From Octopus sinensis (lineage: Eukaryota): a stretch of 64,000 nucleotides of DNA. A program made the position numbers and the translations under genes. The notes under the pieces were generated by a model, which was not told the origin of the DNA, did not search any database, and saw only the letters and a program-made list of their open reading frames with translations. Location of the stretch: assembly GCF_006345805.1 (NCBI RefSeq), contig NC_043007.1:74276001-74340000 (forward strand), read 5' to 3'. Positions 1 to 10,340 of the stretch are shown piece by piece. Position 1 is the stretch's first letter; the number at the start of each line of letters is the position of its first letter.

Positions 1-91
1 CATAAAAATTATATAAAAATACATAAAAAATATATAAAAAATATATAAAAATATATAAATTCTTCTTGGGACATAACATAGAAAGCATGTT

Positions 92-1569
92 CTATCTGTT
101 TTCTTTAGGGGACCAAAAACGTAACAGAAACTTAGTCACATGTGGGCATGATCCGAAGAGCTCTGTCCTTGTATTTAGACATGTAGTAGGGTCTAAGCTG
201 CTTTTCCAGATAAGCCATCTCTCCATGTCGCATAGACCACACCTTCCGCTGCCGTTAGTATAGGGCTTACATCTGGCCAAAATCTTCCATTGTATGTTAT
301 AATCGACACCTTTATCTCTTAAAGACCAAATATGATTAGACAATTGTGTCGCTTTTCTTTTGTTCCAGTGCCTAAAGCTCAAAGTGTGGTTATTGAACCT
401 GGCCTTGAAATTACCCTCTGTAAGGCCCACGTATTTCTTTGTCGAAACGGTGTCTTTAGTGGTTATAGAGTTTACGGTAGCTTCATATATGATGGTCTTG
501 GACATGCAAGCTCCATTTAGCGGGCACAATTCTTTATTCCTGCATGAACAGCTGTTTTCTTCTTGTGTTTTTTGTATGTTATGTTTGATTATGTTTTTAA
601 AATTGGTAGTTGAACTAAAGCTAATTTTTAAATTGTGTCTATTGAAGAGTTTCCTATAAGTATGGTTAACTGGAAAATGTCTATCTATCAGTGCTAGGAA
701 ATATTTACCTATATTGAAGGCCACCTCGGGTGAATAAGGGGGCGTAAACCAGATGACCTTCCTATTTCTATTATTCCTTTTCTTTACTGTTGGGCTAGTG
801 ATAGGTGTATATTTTATTTTATCGCTAAAACCACTATCTTTTAAAGCCTTATTATAAACTGGGGCAACGCTATTGAAGGTGTCCTCATCAGATGAGAGGC
901 TAGAAATCCTCTTACTAATATTTTTAACTAAATTTTTGAATACTATAGGGGGATGGCATGAACCTACATTAATATAACTTAGTCTATCATTGGGTTTCCT
1001 ATAAGGCTTATAAATATTCTTATTAAGATCTAAGGAAACGTCTAAGAAATTGACAACCGTCAAGTTAGTATCTATAGTTATACTAAGTCCGAAGTGCTTC
1101 ATTAACTGGATAAGATCCTTCCTAAAACGATCTTGTGCTGGTCCATTTGTATTAGCTGTTAAGGCGAGGGCATCATCTTTGTAGATGGCGAAATGTACGT
1201 TAGGGAATGTCTTACCTAAGGTATCTAGGAGAAAAAGTCCAATTAGATCACAGATGCCTGCCCCATCATATGAACCCATGCTCACATCGAAAGCGCCCTC
1301 TGTGTCGGTGTTTTTTACCCACTTTGCGTCCTCACTGAAAAGTAAGGTCTTTCTAGCATGGAAGATTATTTCCTTATCATTGGTACTAATTTCTATGAAG
1401 TCACTAGCGAAGATGAGGGCTTTATCTAGCAGTTCTTTAGAGATAGAGGCATAAAAATCAACAATATTAATTGTGTAAACCTCGCTTTTTTCTTATTCTT
1501 AATAGCTTTAAACCAGTCTACGACTTCTATACTATTGGACCATTGTACTAGCCTAGTATCGGTCTTAAT
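92..1569 (-). pseudogene. Penelope-like RT-GIY-YIG ORF, 5'-truncated, with one frameshift
   Basis: The frame of track ORF 92..1285 stays open upstream through ..IVDFYASISKELLDKALIFASDF..HARKTLLF..FDV. Upstream RT sequence (VQWSNSIEVVDWFKAIKNKKKARFTQL) is in a shifted frame, implying a 1-bp deletion near 1467 (GAT to AT). There is no N-terminus because the inversion junction is at 1569/1570. Confidence 0.85.
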
Positions 1570-2275
1570 TAGCCCAACAGTAAAGAAAAGGAATAATAGA
1601 AATAGGAAGGTCATCTGGTTTACGCCCCCTTATTCACCCGAGGTGGCCTTCAATATAGGTAAATATTTCCTAGCACTGATAGATAGACATTTTCCAGTTA
1701 ACCATACTTATAGGAAACTCTTCAATAGACACAATTTAAAAATTAGTTTTAGTTCAACTACCAATTTTAAAAACATAATCAAACATAACATACAAAAAAC
1801 ACAAGAAGAAAACAGCTGTTCATGCAGGAATAAAGAATTGTGCCCGCTAAATGGAGCTTGCATGTCCAAGACCATCATATATGAAGCTACCGTAAACTCT
1901 ATAACCACTAAAGACACCGTTTCGACAAAGAAATACGTGGGCCTTACAGAGGGTAATTTCAAGGCCAGGTTCATTAACCACACTTTGAGCTTTAGGCACT
2001 GGAACAAAAGAAAAGCGACACAATTGTCTAATCATATTTGGTCTTTAAGAGATAAAGGTGTCGATTATAACATACAATGGAAGATTTTGGCCAGATGTAA
2101 GCCCTATACTAACGGCAGCGGAAGGTGCGGTCTATGCGACATGGAGAGATGGCTTATCTGGAAAAGCAGCTTAGACCCTACTACATGTCTAAATACAAGG
2201 ACAGAGCTTTTCGGATCATGCCCACATGTGACTAAGTTTCTGTTACGTTTTTGGTCCCCTAAAGAAAACAGATAG
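1570..2275 (+). pseudogene. Inverted duplicate of the PLE C-terminal GIY-YIG endonuclease coding region
   Basis: From SPTVKKRNNR to the stop, the protein matches the minus-strand copy except for N>I. Confidence 0.85.
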
Positions 2276-2479
2276 AACATGCTTTCTATGTTATGTCCCA
2301 AGAAGAATTTATATATTTTTATATATTTTTTATATATTTTTTATATATTTTTTATGTATTTTTATATAATTTTTATGACGAAAAATGCGAGCGATGTATA
2401 AGTACGCAGGCAAGCAGAGTTATAACAGAGTAATTTCCCTTTATTTAACGGTATTTTTTCATAACGTTTTCAAATAGCC

Positions 2480-2542
2480 AGATAACCGAAGAGATGGTGT
2501 TGTGGATTTCCACTTCGGCATCTGAAACTCAGAGTTTTATCT
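2480..2542 (+). ncRNA. Minimal type I hammerhead-like motif at PLE terminus
   Basis: Stem I AGATAA/TTATCT. Core CCGAAGA (U4C variant). Stem II GATG/CATC with an inner GTGGA/TCCAC hairpin, then an extra T before GAAA. Palindromic stem III ACTC-A-GAGT. Cleavage triplet GTT. Confidence 0.65.
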
Positions 2543-2571
2543 TGACTACCGAGTAATGTAACATATTGTAT

Positions 2572-2604
<33 letters not shown>

Positions 2605-2607
<3 letters not shown>

Positions 2608-2854
2608 CTAGGGTCACCTACATTGATTGAGATAAGAGCTAAAAAGCCTTACTGCTGTAGTTAAAACACAATTGTATACATATGTACTGACAGAGACTGT
2701 AATCTCCCATAAACACTGGTAACCTGTGCTTTTGGGTGATTACAGTCCCTGTCAGTACATATGTATACAATTATGTGTTTTAACTACTGCATCAGAGCAT
2801 CATAGCTTTTTCACTCTTATTTCTAACAATATATGTGTTCTAACACCCTAGTCA
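2605..2854. mobile_element. Foldback element with TGACTAGGGT/ACCCTAGTCA termini
   Basis: Terminal inverted repeat plus a ~48-bp inner inverted repeat (2657-2704 / 2738-2787), starting at a (TA)n tract. Shares termini and the ATAAGAGCTAAAA motif with 45797-45902. Confidence 0.65.
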
Positions 2855-2909
2855 TATTTAGTGACAATCATAGTTTTCCTTTTTGGTAAAACATTGCACA
2901 TGGCTGTTT

Positions 2910-2942
<33 letters not shown>

Positions 2943-3859
2943 TAATTTAGTTCCAAACCATTTCTGTGTGCCACATTTTACTCACAAAGTATTACTTTGG
3001 TCAAGGTTACGGTGGAAGACACTAAGTAAACTTTTAATCCCTGCCTACCAGATCACAAATAATTAACCACAACAACAACAATACAATTGTTTTGATACAG
3101 ATATTGTAATGTTATAGATATAAGTTCAAAGCAGGGAGCTGGCAGAATTGTTAGCATGCTGGGCAAAGCATTTAGTGGTATTTTGTTCATCTTTACATTC
3201 TGGGCTCAAATTCCACCAAGACCGATTTTGTTTTCGTTTTTCCTATTTTCAGGGTAAAATATAAGTACCAGTTGAGTACTGAGATTGATATAATTGACTT
3301 ACTCACATCCCCAAAATTGCTGGCCTTGTGCTAAAATTTGAAACCAATATTTATGATGGTGTCCTGCTGAACCGTTAGCATGCCAGACAAAATATTTAGT
3401 GGCATTTCTTCGGTCTTTATGTTCTGAGTTCAAATTCTGCTTAAGTTGACTTTGCCTTTCATACTTTTGGGATTCATAAGACACGTATCAGTTGAGTATT
3501 GACGTTGACGTAATCAACTTATCCCCTTCCCTGAACTTGCTGACCTTGTGCCAAAATTTGAAACCGATATTCAAAACTAGTGTCCCCACCACCACCACTA
3601 CCACCATCATTCATCATCATCGTAATTATTATTATAATTTTGACTTGGTGTAGGTTTGGTCTTATTCCTGATAATATTTATGTGGGTAGCAGGTTACTAC
3701 CTATAACGTTAGGCATCCACAAGTTTTCAGCAGTCTTTCAAGTGCTTAGAACCCTCCCAAAAATCCTTGCTGGCCCTAAGAGACAAACTTTCTGTAGGAG
3801 CTCTACCAGGTATTCTATTTCAATCTCCTTCACATATTGGTCTATATCTTTGCTTGTGG

Positions 3860-4222
3860 TTTCATCACAACAATGCTCCTGCATACACCTCGAGTGTGAG
3901 ACAGTTTTTGCCAAAAATGGCATGACCTCACTTATCTACCTTCCCTATTTGCCTGATCTTGCTCCCGGTAACGTTTTTTGTTCACCCAAATGAAAAAGTT
4001 CTTAAAGGAAAATGCTTTGCAGATGTGAAAGAGGTGAAGAAAAAAAAAACAACAGAGGCATTAAAAGGCATCACTGTGCAAGAATTCTAGGACTGCTTTG
4101 AACTATGGACTGAGGCATTGCTTCAAATGGAGAATACTTTGAAGGTGATAAAAGTGTAAACATATAAAACTAAGTGAATAAAATAATATTGCAAAATTCC
4201 GGTTTCTTTTGGGTACCCCTTC
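3860..4222 (+). mobile_element. Mariner transposase C-terminal relic with 3' TIR-like end
   Basis: Translates to YLPYLPDLAPGNVFCSPK, a degenerate YSPDLAPxDF motif, followed by a CIASNGEYFEGD-like tail. Ends TTTGGGTACCCCT-TCATA. Confidence 0.7.
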
Positions 4223-4609
4223 ATATATAATATATATATATGTGTATATATATATATACATATATATATATCCTCACCTTCGAAACACGCTGGAGTTGAA
4301 CTAGGGACAGCTGATGAAGGGGATTTTTCCTTGTGTAGTTGTCTTGTATTCATTTTTTTCGTTGTTAAAAAAATGGTCCGTTCCATGCTGTTTTTACTTT
4401 TTCGTTTCTCATTGAGTTCTACGTCTATTTGTGGTGTCCTGTACACACGTATATATATTTATATATGCATGTATATATACATGTAGATGTAGGTACGTAC
4501 ATATATGTTTGTATGTATGCATATATTTTATTTATTACACTATTGTATGACTGAGCGCCCTCGCGTCGATTCGATTCGTTTCATTTCGTTTCTTCTTCTT
4601 CTCTAAGCT

Positions 4610-4651
<42 letters not shown>

Positions 4652-4829
4652 AGAGTACTGTAGTTTGCATGAAGCATTGTGCATTGTTTGTAAAATATAA
4701 CATGTCTTGAATGGCACAACAATGCAGAGTGGACTACAATAAATGTTATAATTTAATTATCCATAGTCTGATATAATAACAATATTTCAGAAAACAAAAA
4801 TTCCTTCTTCAAATATCACTAGAAGTTGA

Positions 4830-5400
4830 TCGAATCACTGCTACAATTGGTTTTCCAACGGTTACTGAAATTTCAAGCTCATGTGTGTTGGCACATTTGC
4901 AGTGCTGCTTCTAAGTTATGTATTATACGTGCAGTTTCTTCTTTTTTGTTTTGTTTCATAATACATGAACATGTTATCAAAACTGAACCTACATGCATCC
5001 ATATGTAGCTAAATAATATACTGATTGCCAACCTCCAGCCAGTTGTTAATTTGGGGCCCTAGTCTGTCTATGAGGATAGCTTCTTTAATCCTTAGATTAC
5101 CCAAATTTCTTTCATTGTGATTGTTATGCTTTTGTCAGTGTTCCAGCATCTGTCTAGATGTTTTCTGAAGGAGGAGGCTCTCGTGTTCAGATGTTCTATG
5201 ATGTGAATGTGTAATGGTCTTGTGCTACCCACGTACAACTTGTTGCATTTGCTACATTGTATTCTATAGACAACATTTACCTGTTGACATAAATCTGTCA
5301 TGGATGGGGCAATTAGTTTGTGTGCATTGATTGCTGTCCCTTGCTTGTTTCTTTGCTAGGTGTCTTCTCAGAGAGGGGCCAGAGTGGGCTAGTTGTATAT
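4830..5400 (-). mobile_element. Degenerate Penelope-like GIY-YIG fragment
   Basis: ORF 5092..5301 reads NVVYRIQCSKCNKLYVGSTRPLHIHIIEH, a GIY-YIG pattern with CxxC. Confidence 0.7.
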
Positions 5401-5802
5401 ATAAATAAGTGCAAGAGTGGTTGAGTAGTAAGAAGTTTGCTTTCAAACCACATGCTTCCGGGTTCAGTTTCAGTGTGTAGTACCATGGCCAAGTGTCGTC
5501 TATAGCCTGGAGCTGATCAAAGCCTTGTGAGTGGATTTGGTAGATGGAAACTGAAGGAAACCCATCACATATGTGTGTGCTTGTCTCCTATCATAGCTTG
5601 ACAACCGATGTTGGAGTGTTTATGGCCCTGTAACTTAGCAGTTTGTTTAAAAACTGATAGAATAAATACCAGGCTTAAAAAAAAATAAGTACTAGGATCA
5701 ATTCATTCAACTAAAAAGATTCTTCAAGTTGGTGTCCCATCATGGTTGCTGTATAATGACTGAAATAAATAAAAGGTAAAGGATATATATGAATATTGGT
5801 CC

Positions 5803-6028
5803 AGCTGGCAGAAACGGTAGCATGCCAGGCAAAATGCATAGCTGTATTTTGTCTGCCATTATGTTCTGAGTTCATATTCCGCCGAGGTCGACTTTGCCTT
5901 TCATCCTTTTGGGGTCGATAAATTAAGTACCAGTTACGCACTGGGCTCGATATAATCGACTTAATCCGTTTGTCTGTCCTTGTTTGTCCTCTCTGTGTTT
6001 AGCCCCTTGTGGGTAGTAAAGAAATAGG
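5803..6028 (+). mobile_element. tRNA-derived SINE family B (representative copy)
   Basis: Head AGCTGGCAGAAACGGTAGCATGCC..GTTCTGAGTTCA(A/T)ATTCCGCC. Other copies or fragments at about 3136-3300, 3375-3560, 11960-12140, 13349-13567, 20462-20872 (tandem pair), 28425-28630, 39578-39800, 40945-41162, 43908-44133, 56590-56755 and 62993-63190. Confidence 0.8.
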
Positions 6029-7389
6029 TCTTGATTTTGCATACTTCATAATAATAATTGAAGCATGTTCCATTAAATCTGAAACATATTCAGAATAGAT
6101 ATCTTCAGCTTTTGTTTAGTTAAAGCCATTCAAAATAATGTCATCAACTCCAGCATCAACTGTGACAGTTAAATAAACTATATATGACAGAAGTAGACAT
6201 CGCTATAGGATTAAGGTTATAAAGTATTCCGTGTCGGACATGTTTGAATGACAAGCTGAGAATTTTACTGGAGAAAATATTTTATTGAAAATCAGGGTTT
6301 TTTTTTTTGTTCTTTTAATAAAAAATGGCTATGATGGTTGAATAGCATTTTTAAGAGTTCTAAAGAGTTGTCGAGTTGGAATGTTGGTTTGAATTATATT
6401 AAAGCATTAGTAACTCTAAATGGCAACAGCTGAAAGGTGACTGACCTTTTCTTGTCTGATTGTCTGCTGTTGAAGCAGAGCATTTGGTTTGCATTTACAT
6501 GTGAGTGTGCATCCATCATTCTATTTCTCTCTCTCTCTCTTTAATATATATATATGTATATGTATATATATATGTGTGTATATATATATTTATATATATA
6601 TATGTATATATACACATATATACATATATATACATATATACATATATATACATATATATATATATATAATCATATATATATTTATATATATATAATATAT
6701 ATATATATGTATATATACACATATATACATATATATACATATATACATATATATATATAATATATCATATATATATTTATATATATATATATATATATAA
6801 TATATATATATATATATTTGGAAGCTTATAGGTAAAGTAAGTGGTAATGTACAAATCACTCTGCTTATAAAGAAATCAACAGTTCTGTAGAAAATATCGA
6901 TCTGTGAGACAACAATAACATATGGGCATGATCTTTACTTTCTATGTGCCATCAATAGATGGACACCTGTAAGTCTAAGTTTTATGATAATACAATATAC
7001 TTAAACTACATGTGTTTACTTTCAAAGCAGAGCCCCAACATGGCCGCAGTTTAATGACTGAAACAAGTAACAGATAAAAGATAAAAGATATATATATAAA
7101 ATAATGGTTTGTTGCCAACTTAATGTGGCAGTCCCAAGAAAGGGAAGAATGCTGCTGCTATACTGTTATTTAGCCCCAAGAAACATCATTTCTAGTTGGC
7201 TACATGACACAAGCACTCTGTGTCCTTAAATTTTCAAACAGGGGAGATAAGCACCTCCACCAAACAAAGCCACCCAAGAGATCTAAATGAAATATTTCAA
7301 AATTTTGTAGATCAGTGAAGTTATTTCACTTGAAATTATATAAAGTTTTGACAGCGAGTTATCACCGACAGCTAGCAAGGCTAAGCTAC

Positions 7390-7432
7390 TCCAGACTGAT
7401 GAAGGGCAACAACCCTGGAACTAGTCTCTGGA
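7390..7432 (+). ncRNA. Minimal hammerhead-like motif, one core substitution
   Basis: TCCAGA-CTGATGA-AGGG caacaa CCCT-GGAA-C TA G-TC-TCTGGA. Stems I, II and III all pair, but GAAA is GGAA. Confidence 0.65.
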
Positions 7433-7799
7433 TGCTGGCTTTGTTGGGTGGAGGTGCTTATTGAATATGATATGAGAGGTAATTTCAACAGGAAATGTGA
7501 AAAAATAAAAATAATTGCAATTTTGAAAAATTGTGAAAAAGGAAATTGAAATTGAAATTGAAATGTACCAAAAGTCTCTTTTAGTTCATAATATATACTA
7601 GAGGTATGTTTATCTGTACATTGGTGTATAATTTAAAATACCAGTTCCTCATTTTGTCAATACTGAACTATTATAGACAAAGGAAAAATCCTTGGTCAAT
7701 ATAATGTAATATAAATTAAATAAGCCAAAGAAATATGTATATATATTAACCAATAAATTGAGTGAAAGTGTTACAATTCAGGTTCCTATTTTGAGTTTT

Positions 7800-8560
7800 T
7801 ATTTTTTATTTTTATTTTTAAGGAATGTGTTGGGTGCAGGTGGTCAAGTTTGTATATTAAGGTGTGGTCTGTACTTTTGTATAAACAGGATTTCCTAGTT
7901 TAGGCGTTCTTGTAAAGAGATTTAATCATTGCATTGGTATGATGGAAAAAATATGGAAATTTGGTGTTTTATTTCTTGTGTATCTGTCAATATGTTCGCA
8001 CAGAACTATCTGTCTGTATTGAAGAAAACGAATCTGTTCTTTATGCAGTGTAACACTGTATCTCAGAGTAAGGCTCGTTTGGCTGGCATATTTGTGGCCA
8101 CAACCTGAGCAGGTTAGGACATAAATCAGGTTCTGAGAGGCACATGTGAAGTTGGTTTGAATTAAAAATATTTTTCCATGCTGGGATGAGAATTCCATGC
8201 CTTTATTTAAGTTTGGGCCTGCACCACAATTAGGTCATCTGCATTTTTTAGCTGTTGGTGTTGTATGTGATGAGTACAGTTTTGCATTTGTTAGGAGTCT
8301 TTTAGGTGATTTGTGTTGTCTTTTGCATTTGAGGAGTTTATGTGTGTTCAGAATGTTGTTCATTTTTGGGTCTTGAGTGAGCAGAGAGAGATTTTGTACA
8401 ATAGTGTTTTGGATGACATGGGATGGATACTTTTAATTTTTTTATATACAGTTAATGGGTCTACATATAGTTCATTGCGAATAAAACACAAATGATAAAA
8501 GAGCAAGAAAAAGATTATTTTGATAAGTTCGCACTTAGTTGCACACACATGCACATCATT
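7800..8560 (-). mobile_element. Degenerate Penelope-like GIY-YIG C-terminal fragment
   Basis: ORF 7926..8198 reads FTCASQNLIYVLTCSGCGHKYASQTSLTLRYSVTLHKEQIR, followed by an EILFIQKYRPHLN-like tail near 7850-7890. Confidence 0.75.
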
Positions 8561-9944
8561 TTAGAGGGAGTTTTTGTTAACTAATTGCATGGATAATCGC
8601 AACTAATCAAATTCTTCAGTTCATTATATTACATGATTTGGGTCACTACCATATTTATATTTTGTATACAGAATGATTCCTTCTTTTTTTTTTTTTCTCA
8701 TCCATGTCACTGATGCAGGGAAGCTATATAAAAAATTACAAGTAAATGGTTTTCTAAACAGAACTGTTTATCATCAATTCAGTAATGTGTCCCCACTTAC
8801 AGGGGCTAACATAAATCATTTCACGTTACTGGGGCAAAAAGAAAAAACAGAAATTAAAATATAAAAGAATGTTTGACATATCATATTATTCCTTATGGTT
8901 ACTTGGAAGCCTATAAATAAAGAAAATGGTATTGTACTCCACTTATAAAGTAATCAACAGCTCTGTAGAAAATATCGATCTGAGGGACAACAATAAAATA
9001 TAGATATGATCTTTACTTCCTATGTACCATCAACAGGTGGACTACCTGTCAGTCCAAGTTTTATGATAATACAATGTAGTTAAACTACACATGTTTACTT
9101 ACAAATGTTTTATAAAATACAGGTTTGAATGTGACAGATTTCCAGCAAGAGAAGTAACATTTTCCCCTTGTAACATTAATAAAAACAAGATTTAAATCAA
9201 CACAGATTACTAAGGTAATATTGTGCATAAAAATAAGTTAGTGGTGTAAAACATGTTCATAAAATACAAGTTCTTTTTAGCCACATATCTACTGTTTGAT
9301 AAAAAGAAATGGACAAACATACTCAGCAACCTGGTGAAATCAATATACAGCCATCAATGTCTCATTCTGCAGAAATGTGTTAAATTAAGATTAACTGAAA
9401 CAAGGCTATAAAATACAGATTCCTTCTGCTCCTTGTTCAGACTGTGTTACATCAAAAGTGAAAGAGAGCAAGAACGATTTTGGGTTCTGTTTATACATCC
9501 AGCTCGTGGTTGAGAGGTACTATTGTCTATTGGTTTAATAAACAACTGGAAAACATAGAACAACTAAAGTGTCACTTGGTTACATGTGGGTTGTTATATT
9601 AATATTCTTCTAGGTTGCTGAGAAGGAATGATTGCCAAGTCTCAAAACAAAACTGGTTTGCATGATATGTGCATAAGATGCAAGTGAGTCCTACATGTGT
9701 GTACTTTCAAACAAGTCTGTGTGATGTATGTGCATGATATAAGTGCGTTTGCATAATGTATGCACAAGATGCAAATAAGTGTGCATAAAATGCAAGTGAC
9801 TCTGCTAGAATATGTGTACTTTTGTACTAGTGGATCTGAAGAAAGTGAATGAACAATGGTATTAGCATTTTAGTATGCATGCACATACAAGTTTGTTTAT
9901 CTATCTGCTTTTCTCTGGTGAAATCTGAGTAGGTTCATAAAAAT

Positions 9945-10340
9945 ACTATCAATATCGCCCGGTGTTGCTCAGGTTTGTTTCGACCCTTTAGAATTAAAAT
10001 TTTTGAAAAGTAAAAATGTTGCATTATGTAGCTTGTTGTTCTCTTTAAGTGAACCTTGTTCTGGTTGAAATACACTGAAAAATGGCGACACAGCAGTAAA
10101 AAAATCGTAAAAAATAGGGATTTTCATAGAAAAAAAGCACCTCTTTGATGTAAATAATTTTTGGTGTTAACATGGTCCGATTTGAATTTTTTTCTTCTAC
10201 GGAATGAAGAGCAAGCCTTCTTCTATCATACTCTCAATTTTGGTCAACTTGCGCAGCAGGGTCTCGGAGGAGATAGTGTTAGTTGAAGGCTACCAAACCT
10301 GCCATACACAGACAACTTCAGCTTTATATATATAGAGAGA
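9945..10340 (+). mobile_element. Non-autonomous Helentron/DINE-like element
   Basis: Starts ACTATCAATATCGCCCGGTGTTGCTCAGG and ends CAGCTTTATATATATAGAG. Same end architecture as 44953-45353. Confidence 0.5.

Larger units (their letters stand above)
1..2560. mobile_element. Penelope-like retroelement (RT + GIY-YIG), 5'-truncated, with inverted copy of its 3' half and a downstream hammerhead-bearing terminal region
   Basis: Arms 1-797 and 1570-2377 are near-perfect reverse complements. I saw one codon difference (RFNNH vs RFINH) and one extra 11-bp AT unit in the right arm. The minus ORF has PLE-type RT motifs (FDVSMGSYDGAGICDLIG, YKDD) followed by GIY-YIG motifs (IIYEATV..KKYVGLTEGNFKARF..H). 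A hammerhead-like motif sits at 2480-2542 on the same strand as the plus ORF. The left arm may continue beyond the window edge. Confidence 0.93.

Noticed and set aside
4270-4330. CCTTCGAAACACG...CAGCTGATGAAGG, a circularly permuted hammerhead-like arrangement
   Set aside because: No U16.1-H17 cleavage site can be placed and stem I is only 3 bp.
6489-6859. Many ORF-track entries rich in YI/HT/CV/N/G/R repeats (also near 18500, 22850, 24100, 28000, 37500, 38550, 51900, 57750, 59700 and 63400)
   Set aside because: Translations of microsatellites and low-complexity DNA.
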